Shown piece by piece: positions 52,530-64,000 of a DNA stretch of 64,000 nucleotides. The notes under the pieces were generated by a model that saw nothing but the letters and a program-made list of their open reading frames with translations, was not told where the DNA came from and did not search any database. Position 1 is the stretch's first letter, and every line of letters starts with the position of its first letter. This DNA comes from Lingula anatina. Its lineage: Eukaryota > Animalia > Brachiopoda. Where the stretch lies: assembly GCA_051362555.1 (NCBI GenBank), contig JBPQGU010000016.1:1302001-1366000 (forward strand). Direction: 5' to 3'. The translations under genes and the position numbers were made by a program.

Positions 52530-55525
52530 ATGAACGTTCAGACAGCGACAGCCGAGGCGGTGTCTGGAGACAGATATCACGACCTGTTTGATACAGAATT
52601 ATATCTGAAGAATTTCTATGTTGAGGAGTGTCCACTATCGACGTTTGTGCGGAATACTCTTGCTAACGTCCTGAAATCTGGTAATATTATATTTCATCTA
52701 TGCAATATCAAGAATGATCTGGCTACCCTTAGCAAAATGAAAATTTTGCAGCAAATCTACTGTAAATTCGCTGCAAACTAAACAGTATGCAAAGCTAAAA
52801 TGTTTGCAGGTTTTTGCAAGGGAATATTATTGTCAAAGTTTTGCTGCAAATGTGCAAGAGCATCTAAATCGGTACCCCATCTGCATGGTGAATTCCTCTG
52901 GCATTCACCATGCAGATGGGGTACTCCAGCAGCTTGCAAGAAGTCTCTAATTTTGTTAAGTTTAGCTGTCATATCATTAGCTATCTTACAGGTATAATGT
53001 TGCGGCGAATTAAAATGATAATAAACGCAAGCAGATATAAAGAAATGGGCAAAAATTGAAGTGAAGTGAACTTGTGTAGTCGAACACTGATAATTTACCT
53101 CAGGCCCGTAGCAAGGGGGGTTCGGGGGGGGGGGGGGAGGGTTTGAAAGAACCACCCTTTTTGTCAGGAAAAGGTCCATTTTTGGTAAAATCTGAATTAG
53201 GTACACATAAGTTTCATTGTAAAAGGGTCACTTTTCAGAAATACGTACATAAAAGAGACAGACACTTAGGCATAGGCCTATACCTACATATAGGGTTAGA
53301 AAGCCTTCTAGCAATCCTAGAAAAAAAAACTGCCGACTGCGACTAGAAATTATTCAAATTCACGCTAAATATCAGAAGTAAAAAGAAATATTTGGAAATC
53401 TCAGCAGCGCCTACACTTCTTCAGCGCGTTGTTTCACTCTTTAAAGCGGGATATTAAAACAAATTGAAAAAATGCCACTATCCAATATTTACCGTTACCG
53501 AAATTGGTGTCTAGTCTAGTTCATTTTCGATGCACACTGAGACTTTTAGTCAATAGTCCCAGTATCAGAAGAGACAATCTGAAGAATACACGTTTGCTTG
53601 TAGGACTACTTTTAAAAGCTTTTTAGTTACTTTTCTTTTACAGTCTCTGTAATTTCTATTTAATTCCATCTCATTTTATGTAATTTACTTAATTCGTCTT
53701 TTTGTAATTTTATTCTATATATGTAAATCGATCAGCGTGTTATGCCTGCACTATGTAAGAAACAGGATAACAGGATTCGACAAGTAATACGTCCATCATT
53801 TGTGCACGAAACAGTTGTAATAAATACCGGCATACACCAATATGTTTTAGTCTCCCCGCATGCCTTTTCCGTTGTATTCTTCTGCCTTTTTTTCTGTTGC
53901 ATAGTGTGCAGTTTTGTAACTGAGACTATTTTGCATCATTTCACGAAAAAGAGAGAGTTATAAGCATGGCTTCATCGAATTAATGGACTTCAAAAACCCT
54001 TAATCCCCTTCAAGCTTCTATATCCAAGTTGCACAAACTGGTGAACGTTGTCTGCAGCTGATGTACGGAGTTGAAATAGGAGAGGGACTTGGGTTTAATT
54101 CAAGGTGATTAATTCGGTGTATATATCTTCTAAACCAAGCCTTAAAATTCATATTATGTGAGATAGTCTCAGTTTAGTAATTGTGTAGTGCAGAAATCAA
54201 CACTCAAATTTTGGGTCACTTGTTTGCCATACTCCAACCACAGCTAAGAGATAATACTCACAAAACAATCTGATAATGTATCTATTTATTCATATATTCG
54301 CCAGGGAGAATAAACGGGACAAGGCTACTGGATTTAGGCAGTGGTCCAACTATCACGCACCATGTCATACTTTCCAAGTATTTTAACGAGCTAGCGTTCA
54401 GTGACCTCACAGAGAAGAACAGAGAGGCACTGAGGAAATGGAGAGATGGCGAGGCAGGGGCGTTTGACTGGGATTCAACCTTCAAATGTGTGGCCGCTTT
54501 AGAAGGAGAAGAGTGAGTGTTTAACTTTTGCTATATAAATATCCTTTCCGGGACTGATGACCCAAACTCATTAAAAAATCTGCTCCTAGTGATTCGTTGC
54601 TCGAAATCTTCACACACTTTGTTGTTTTATACCTTTTTTAGTTAAATGATTTTAGCTAGGTCTTAAAGGCAGACAATTAGAAGAAGGAATCGATGTCAGG
54701 TACTTTAATTTGAGGGAATTTATTATGTCTAAGGTCTGGATTGAGAAAGATAAAGGGAATTTTAAAACAAAAAGTAGGCTATAATTTTGAGACATTTACA
54801 AACCTTGTTAAAACAGTATTTCGGAAACCAGTTTTTACTTTAACAGTGGAGACAAAAAATTCGCTTTCCATTATAAAACAGGTTGGTACATCATGCCTCT
54901 TGCTGACAAGACATATTCAGTGGCAGCTTTTTGCTCACATAGAACTACGATACCATTGAAATGCATGTATGGAATGTCAAGAAAAAGTTAAGTAGGTTTA
55001 TAGTTTTCTAATAAGGAAAAAAGACATTATTTTACATCACGTGGGTTTATTTATGATGCAAATTACTGATATGATTATTGTTACTTTAGGGAAAATTGGA
55101 TGGCTCTGAAGGAAAGTTTCCGCAACAAAATGAGCACCATATACCCGTGTGACCTCAGAAACCCAAATCCACTTCACCCGGTGTTGAGCAAACCTTTCGA
55201 TTGCGTCACCAGTACGTTCTGTCTCGAGGCTGCGTGCTCGGATGACGTCACATTTGATCGCGTCATCAGAAATGTGACGTCACTGCTCAAAGATGGTGGC
55301 CATCTCATCATTGTGAACAGTCTGCGGCAGAGCGCCTATATTGTGGGAGATGTTCATTTTTCTTCACGGAGTTTGGAGAAGGAAGAGTACATCCGGTCTC
55401 TGAAATCTGCTGGGTTAGATGAGATATCGTGGTATGAAGGGGAAGAGTCGGCGGGCGGCCATCTTTCCAATTCAAGTGGAGTCTATGTGATCGTTGCCAA
55501 AAAAAAAAAAAAAAAAACCGTCTAA
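52530..55525 (+). CDS. NNMT/PNMT/INMT-family N-methyltransferase, copy 2
   Basis: Exons 52530-52680, 54305-54512 and 55090-55525; same motifs and splice phases as copy 1. Confidence 0.92.
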
Positions 55526-56745
55526 TCCTCCAATTTTTGAAGCCTGCTTAAAGGTCCCTTCAGCTTAAAGAGAAAACTTTATAAATGATTGAAACCCACG
55601 AAGAAATATTATGAACTATTTATGACAGTTTGAAATTTCAACTAACAAAATGCAGATGGATTAGAGTCAGTATGTTTCAATATGTTTCATATCATTTTGG
55701 AAGAATAAACTCTATCCAAAATAAATGAGTTTGGGTGGCAATATTATACTTCAATACTTCAATGGGGGGGGGGGGGGGGGGGGGGGTAGTGGGGCAGCTT
55801 TTTAGGAATGACATACCTCGAATACGAAGCCAACCCTCGCCGCTCTTGGCATGGGGTTCGCGGTGCCAACTCGAGGGCCTCGAATTTTTGGGTGTTTTTG
55901 GAGAGAAAACAGTGCCATTTGGTACGGTTTAGAACTTACTATGATTCAGCCAGTCAAAATTTTTCAACAGGGGGATATTAGTGTGAATTTTTTTCAGAGA
56001 TTGAATTATGTGGAGGGGGTAAAGGCGTTTTGAGAGAATTGTAGCTGATTTGTCAAAAGCGAGACAGCGTATGCAAATGAAAGGTACACGTGGAAATGTG
56101 CTTTTTTATTTTCTTGCAAGACATTTACTTATTTATTAATTTCTTCAAAGTTTATTAATATAAAACATGCCATAAAGAAAGGGTAATTCGTTTTGCTATA
56201 AAGTTACCTTAAATTGATATTAAGTGGAAATTATACTCTTAAACATGTCATGTGACCTAGTTCAACGAAGCGTTTGAAATTTGAACTATTTAGCTTATTA
56301 ATTAACCTGCTCTGCTTTGTGAAGGGCCAGATATTGGCGGATAAATCTCTTTCCGACATCACAGAAGTACCTCAAGGTACTGACGCACCTAATGCACGAG
56401 AAAAATTGCTCATGCGCAAGGGGTTCGAATAGACATGCAAAATTTGTTCGCTCACCAACAGCGAGATAAAATGTTTTGAGCATATGCAGAAACAAATTCA
56501 TACGCTGCGTGTTATTCTGTTAAACTGATTGCATTCAGCGAGAGTCCCCGAGGAGTTGGATCGATCTACGTAGACCGATAGTTTCAAAGAGAATGAGGCC
56601 TTAGTTGCTGGTACATGTACCCGCATGATACCTTTTTTAAGAGTAGGGCCTACATCTCGCCCTCTGGCAGAGGAAAACTATTAATAATTATCTCTCATAC
56701 TGGTAATCCAAGTCAAGGTACACTCCAGTGGAAAAAGGTAGAAAA

Positions 56746-59700
56746 ATGAACGTTCAGGCAGCAACAGCCGAGGCGGTGTCTGGAGACAGATATCACGACC
56801 TGTTTGATACGGAATTATATCTGAAGAATTTCTATGTTGAGGAGCGTCCGACAGCGACATTTGCGCGGAATACTCTTGCTCACGTCCTGAGATCTGGTAA
56901 TATTATATTCCATCTATGTAATATCAAAGAATGATCTGGCTACACTAAGGAAAATGAAAAGTTTGCAGCAAATCTACTGTAAATTTGCTGCAAACTAAAC
57001 AGTATGCAAAGCAAAAATTGTTTGCAGGTTGTTGTTTAAGTTTTGCTGCAAATGTGCAAGAGCATCTTAATCAGTACCCCATTCACCAAGCAGATAGGGT
57101 ACTCCAGCAGCTTGCAAGAAGTCTCTAATTTTGCTAAGCTTATATAGCTGTCATATCATTAGCTATCTTACAGGTATAAATTTGCGGCGAATCAAAATGA
57201 TAATAAAAGCAAGCAGATATAAAGAAATGGGCAAAAATTGAAGTGAAGTGAACTTGTGTAGTCGAATACTGATAATTTTCCTCAGGCCCGTAGCCAGGGG
57301 AGGGGGGAGGGGGGTTCGAAAGAACCACCCTTTTTGTCAGGAAAAGGTCCATTTTGGGAAAAATTTGATCTAGGTACACAAAAATTTCATTGTACCAGGG
57401 TCACTTTTTCAGAAAAAGAACCCCCCTTTTGAACGGGCCTGTATCTTCTTAGGGCTCCAGTACTTGACGAATTTCGCACAGAAATACGTACATAAAAGAG
57501 ACAGACACTTAGGCATAGGCCTATACCTACATATAGGGTTAGAAAGCCTTCTAGCAATCCTAGAAAAAAAACTGCCGACTGCGACTAGAAATTATTCAAA
57601 TTCACGCTAAATATCATAAGTAAAAAGAAATATCTGGAAATCTCAGCAGTGCCTACACTTCTTCAACGCGTTGTTTCACTCTTTATAGCGGGATATAAAA
57701 ACAAATTGAAAAAATGCCACTATCCAATATTTACCGTTACCAAAATTGCTGTCTAGTCTAGTTCATTTTCGATGCACACTGAGACTTTAAGTGAATAGTC
57801 CCAGTATCAGAACAGACAATCTGAAGAATACACATGTATATTGTGGGACTACTTTTAAAAGCTTTTTAGTTACTTTTCTTTTACAGTCTCTGTAATTTCT
57901 ATTTAATTCCATCTCATTTTATCTAATTTACTCAATTCATCTTTTTGTAATTTTATTAATATTACAGAGGTGTTTAAATAAATAAATAAATAAATAAATA
58001 ATTCATCCTGAGTACCAGCGAGTTCAGAGATTACCGGAAACCCACCATTTTTATAATAAGCATATATATATATCTGTAAATCGATCAGTGTGTTATGCCT
58101 GCACTATGTAAGTAACAGGTAAACAGGAGTCGACAGGTAATATACCATCATTTGTGCACGAAACAGTTGTGAAAAATACCGGCATACACCAATATGTTTT
58201 AGTCTCCCCGCATGCCTTTTTTCTGTTGCACAGTGTGCAGTTATGTCACTGAGAATATTTTGCATCATTTCACGAAAAAAGAGAGATTTAGAAGCATGGA
58301 ATCATCAAATTAATGGTCTTTACAAACCATTAATCCCCTTCCAGCTTCTATATCCAAGTTGCACAAACTGGTGAGCGTTGTCTGCAGCTGATGTACGGAG
58401 TTGAAATAGGAGAGGGGCTTGGGTTTAATTCAAGGTGATTGATTCGGTGTACCTATCTAATACAACTCTTAAAATTCATATTATGTGAGATAGTCTCAGT
58501 TTAGTAATTGTGTAGTGCAGAAATCAACACTCAAATTTTGGGTCACTTGTTTGCCATACTCCAATCACAGCTAAGAGATAATACTCACAAAACAATCTGA
58601 TAATGTATCTATTTATTCATATATTCGTCAGGGAGAATAGGCGGAGATAGACTGTTGGATTTAGGCAGTGGTCCAACTATTGCGCACCATGTCATACTTT
58701 CCAAGTATTTTAACGAGCTAGCGTTCAGTGACCTCACAGAGAAGAACAGTGAGGCACTGAGGAAATGGAGAGATGGCGTGGCAGGGGCGTTTGACTGGGA
58801 TTCAACCTTCAAATGTGTGGCCGCTTTAGAAGGAGAAGAGTGAGTGTTTAACTTTTGCTCTATAAATATACTTTCCGGGACTGATGACACAAATTCATTT
58901 AAAAAATCTGCTCTTAATGATTCGTTGCTCGAAATTTTCACACACTTTGGTGTCTTATACTATTTCTAGTTGAATGATTTTAGCTAGTTCTTAAAGGCAG
59001 ACAATTAGAAGAAGGAATCGATCTCTTGTACTTTAATTTGAGGGAATTTATTATGTCTAAGGTCTGGATTGAGAAAAATAAAGGGAAATTTAAAACAAAA
59101 AGTATAACTTTGAGACATTTACAAACCTTTAAGTTTGTTAAAACAGTATTTCGGAAACCAGTTTTTACTTTAACAGTGGAGACAAAAAATTCGCTTTCCA
59201 TTATAAAACAGGTTGGTACATCATGCCTCTTGCTGACAAAACATATTCAGTCGCAGTTTTTTGTTCACAAAGATCTACGATACCATTGAATTACATGTAT
59301 GGAATGTCAAGAAAAAGTTAAGTAGGTCTATAGTTTTCTAATAAGGAAAAAAGACATTATTTTACATCACGTGGGTTTATTTATGATGCAAATTACTGAT
59401 ATGATTGTTGTTACTTTAGGGAAAATTGGATGGCTCTGAAGGAAAGTTTCCGCAACAAAATGAGCACCATATACCCGTGTGACGTCAGAAACCCCAACCC
59501 ACTGCACCCAGTATTGAGCAAACCTTTCGATTGCGTCACCAGTATTTTTTGTCTCGAGGCTGCGTGCTCAGATGACGTCACATTTGATCGCGTCATCAGA
59601 AATGTGATGTCACTGCTCAAAGATGGTGGCCATCTCATCATTGTGAATAGTCTGCGGCAGAGCGCCTATATTGTGGGAGATGTTCATTTTTCTGCGCGGA

Positions 59701-59846
59701 GTTTGGAGAAGGAAGAGTACATCCGGTCTCTGAAATTTGCTGGGTTAGATGAGATATCGTGGTATGAAGGGGAAGAGACGACGGGCGGCCATCTTACCAA
59801 TTCAAGTGGAGTCTATATGATCGTTGCCAAGAAAAAAGCTATCTAA
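56746..59846 (+). CDS. NNMT/PNMT/INMT-family N-methyltransferase, copy 3
   Basis: Exons 56746-56896, 58632-58839 and 59420-59846; same motifs and phases. Confidence 0.92.
57283..57441. mobile_element. MITE of the CAGGCCCGTAGCCAG family in copy 3 intron 1 (truncated counterpart at 53101-53240 in copy 2)
   Basis: caggcccgtagccag...acgggcctg, at the same intronic position in copies 2 and 3. Confidence 0.75.
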
Positions 59847-62272
59847 TCCTGCCATAAAGTGCCTTCAACTTAAAGAGAAAACTTTATAAATGATTGAAAC
59901 CCACGAAGATATATTATGAACTATTAATGACAGTTTGAAATTTCAGCTAACAAAATGCAGATGGATTAGAGTCAGTGCCATTCAATATGTTTCATATCAT
60001 TTTGGAAGAATAAATGAAAATGAATTACAGAAATGTAAAAAAGAATATTATTTCGCTTGGTTTTGTGTGAAAAGTACAGAGGAGCAGCAGACTATATAAG
60101 TATACTGACCCATTTCTCTGATAATACACACAGCCTCAAACCAATTACACACATAAAAGCACACACAAGCACACACAAGCACATGCACACACAGAGAATA
60201 AAGCAGAAAGTTTTGGCGTTAAATCGTTAAAAGTCCCATCCTTTATATCGCCCCTTGCTCGGTGATATCCACCTACTCTATCCAAAATGAAGGTTGAAAC
60301 TGTGGCATATATCCGTTTTGTGTACATTACAAATATTGCAATGCCATCCCATATATATATGTATATAGTATCGTGCATATCAGCCCCCCCCCCCCCAAAA
60401 AAAAAAAAAAAAATCGTAGTAATAAAAAATCGGGTTGCGGTCAACAATATGATGAACACTCGTATTTCTTGACCAAGCACACTGTATGCAAGGTTTGATT
60501 TTATATTCACAGATCTATAAGAAGTTAGCAACTAGAGTCGTGGATTTCCAAAGAGCTTTGTTCCCACTGCCTAAGTTCTTAAGACCTAATATAATTAAGT
60601 CATAAGGTGCCTCATCTCGCCACCACATGTACTATTTATATCCAGCTCTTCCTTACATGTATTAGTGAAATATTACCTTGAGATATTATCTAGTCCCACG
60701 AGACAAGTGTCACAAGAGGCGCGCGACATCTTAGGTGGCGTGGGGCATGCTATGGGGCGTCACCGCGTCCCTTACAACACCATGGTATTTCATAGTGCTG
60801 CTGTCCATATTGTTGTTTAACCTTAGGCACTTTTAATATCTTTGTTGAGTATCTCTCTCTCTCTCCTTTTCTCTGTCTCTCTCTCTCTCTCTCTCAGAAT
60901 ATTTTTCTCCTGTTGTTGTCTTTGCACCGACACCATATCTAAAAAAATATTTTTAAAATGAATAAAACATAAATAAAACACAAAGACATGTTATTGCGTG
61001 ATCGAACTTGAAGCTTTGAAGGGAGAAACACACTTTATCTATCTTCATTAACACCGTTAGCGGTCTACCCTTCAAGTCAAATCACTGCTTTTCCCCGCTT
61101 CACACACACTTCATCGGCCAATGGAGTTATGTCAACAAAAACATAGAACACGTCGATATTGTCGATTTAACCGCGGGCACAGTCAGTAAGCAAACACGAG
61201 AGAGGGTTAATCCGAGACCCTATTATTGCGTCCTTAGCAACCAGGTTTGGTGTTTAACTATTGACCCGTGTAAGAAGAGACCAAAACGAGGCCACGTAGT
61301 AATTGAAGGGGAATTGAACTTCATTTAATCGATATGAATGGCCCTTAGGTATAGACTGGATTGGTTTGGTGTGTGTAATTATTACATGTTAGCATGATCT
61401 AATCAAGGAAGGAAACAGACATTAGGAGAAACCGAGGTGAACTGGCTTTCTAACCCGATCACGTCTTTCTAGAAAATCTCCCTGTAAGTTAACATTCGGA
61501 TTAAGTTATATTTAGTGCACTTAACTGTAAGTAGACCTTGATAATGTTGGTGTCTATGTAGTATTTTAAGTGACTGTGTCGTTAAAGGAGTTACTTAAAC
61601 AGTTCGTGTGACAGGTTGCGGTGTGTGTCCACAGCTTGACCAGTGACTAATCAATGTTCTAAAGAGCTAATTAATGTATTTTAACAACGGGTAAGTTTGT
61701 CCGGGAACTATTTCCCAGGCTACATGGATATTATTATAATAATGTTCCCACTGATCATATAGTACTCTCCATATGTTTGTAAATGGGCTGCTTTGTATTT
61801 ACATTTTCAGAGCCAAGAGCGTGACACAAGGAATTAAAACATTGCTGCAGCTATCGACCCACTAGCAACTGAATACAACTAGTGACGGGTCTTAGTCCCG
61901 TTAGGCCACTCAAACAGTGTCAGATAGATCAAAGCAGTGTTTGTGTCACGTTTTCCCTCGGCTAGGGGTTGAATGCCCGATCTTCAACCCAGTTAACACC
62001 GAGTCGTGGACAGCCAGCGACTTCGTTCACTCACAAAATTTGTCTGTTGACAGTTAAGGGGACCACAGCGGACAGCGGCCTTGGTAACCTCTTAAGCAGG
62101 CTTGACACGTACAGGTCTGGGGAGATCTTATTTCACCATATCTCTAGGAAGTGTATCATTTTACCAGGTTACTTGGGGATTTTTTAAGGGAGACCCAAAA
62201 CTGCCCCTGTTATTGGAAAGGATCCCTTTAGCATCCAGACACCAGGATATCATATAGATCTGATTCCACATC

Positions 62273-62587
62273 ATGGCGAACTACCTGGGCCCCGAAAGTC
62301 CCAGGCCCTTTGCCGTGATATCGGAGACGTACCGGAACCGGCTGAAGATTCCTCAATACAGAGAGGATGAGCAGCACAGCTTCGGGGAGACGTGGGAAGA
62401 AAACATGTTCCAGCTGATACATAAACATTTGGAGCTGGGGACTGCTGATAGGTAAGACACGCACGAGTGCACGTGCACGCGATGCACATGCATATTATAG
62501 GTGTGGTAGCTGGAAAGTGTGTTTGTGTGCGTGCGTGTGGGGTGCGTGCGTGTTTGTGTGCGTACTTGTGTGTGTAAGTGTGTACGT

Positions 62588-62621
<34 letters not shown>

Positions 62622-64000
62622 CCCCCCCTGTGTTTTTCAAACAAGTCAGTCACATATATAAGGGGGGGGGGGCTAAGAGACTGCTTCCACTTTTTAAATC
62701 CAAAACGTTTACATAATTTAAAATATTTTAAATATAAATCGTGTCAAGCTAATGTTTTCCTTTGTCGTAACCACCCCGCCCCCACACACACACACGCACA
62801 CACATACACCTAAAATCTGCTTCCTACGCACCTATGTGTTCTTGCTTATAGGTAGGCCTACGTGTAGGCCTACGTATGTTGTTCCACGACAGTAGCTATA
62901 CTGTACGTTGAGGCAAACGAGACGGAATCTAGAATATTTCTAGTTAACTGCAACCGCGAACTATCAAACTTAACAGTCTTGCTTTATTTTCAAGACAGTT
63001 TAATTAGGCCTACAGTGAAATTATTCCTGGTAAAGCCCGTGTTAGTAATAGGCCTACTGGAAAATATGTACCAAACTCCGTCATTTATATGATTCATTAT
63101 TTGTCATAAAGCAATTCGTTATTTATAAGTTATGCAGGTAATATCTTCTATCCGCAAGGCCCGTATTATTTGCTTTTCGTTTTTTAACAATTTTCCGCTT
63201 TAAAACCCTCTTGTTATATTTTCAGGTTTTGCTACATTGGCGAGGACAAAGGATCTTTGGTGGAGAAAATCGAACACAAATTCTGCCTCCTAGAGCCAAC
63301 TTGCAGCGTAATACCGGGCTGTAACGCGCACGTCGAAACCATTTGCAAAACCAAGCGGGTCTCCATCCCTATTGCCGGAGTTGGCGCGGAAGAATATTTC
63401 GAAAAAATGGCACGTGACGCACCCTACAAAGGTCCTTCTTTTGATCGCGTTTTATTGATGGACTGTATCCAATACTTCGAGAATCCTAGGGAATTTTACG
63501 GAAATGTAATGAGGACAGTTTCTGATTTCGGGAAAATTTTGGTCATCCATCGACCCGGATCTATGAATTCTCTGCCGTACCCGCGCGACGCTCTAATCCG
63601 TGTTCAAGAAAAGGACCACCCGTACATGCAAATTATTCGGGATCTTCAAAACCACAACTTCGACGTCCAGTGGGAAATAGAAACCCTACCCATCATCATG
63701 CCAAAGGTAAAGTGGTTGGCTATGATACGGGACCGTTACCCTAGTCAACTCGAGGCCATCAGTAATTTCGAAGTTTCAGCCGGCATGAGAGAATTGTGCG
63801 AAGGATCCCTGAAATACGAGGGAGAAATGATCGAATTCATTGACAGACTTCTGTTCATCACCGCCAGTAGGAATCTTAGCCAGTCCGGCATGCCCATAGT
63901 CAAGAGATGGGGTAATGTGGGTAAACCTCAGCCCACCCCCACTGGGCAGGCGCTGAACTTACGGCTGGAAGTGACACCGGATATCGCCCGATATGTGCAG
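62273..64000 (+). CDS. Uncharacterised class I SAM-dependent methyltransferase-like protein, 3'-partial
   Basis: Exon 62273-62451 (GTAAG donor) joins in frame to an exon starting at 63226 that stays open to the window end. Motifs RFCYIGEDKGSL, VGAEEYF, FDRVLLMDCIQYF and GKILVIHRP follow Rossmann-MTase order. Confidence 0.7.

Overview
Eukaryotic, intron-rich, AT-rich genomic DNA from a marine invertebrate, probably a mollusc or other lophotrochozoan (inferred from gene and repeat content). From left to right: (1) a 7.26-kb Gypsy-type LTR retroelement on the minus strand (81-7340). It has apparently identical 407-bp LTRs, a 4-bp TSD, a tRNA-Ser-type PBS and a PPT, but its gag/RT/RNase H interior is heavily decayed. 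(2) Five coding exons of a CENP-O-like gene, including a probable GC-AG intron. (3) A 22-exon PAS kinase (PASK) gene in which many exon-intron junctions have been locally tandem-duplicated. (4) A transposon-rich interval with MITEs, a CACTA-like end, a Gypsy gag-protease relic and nested Helentron-associated elements. (5) A possible decayed FN3-containing gene. (6) A STELLO/DUF288-like glycosyltransferase with an intronless CDS. (7) Three tandem 3-exon NNMT/PNMT/INMT-family methyltransferases; the first carries a circularly permuted copy of the STELLO locus in intron 1. (8) A divergent class I methyltransferase-like gene that runs off the window. All calls come from manual reading and recalled family motifs; no database searches were run.
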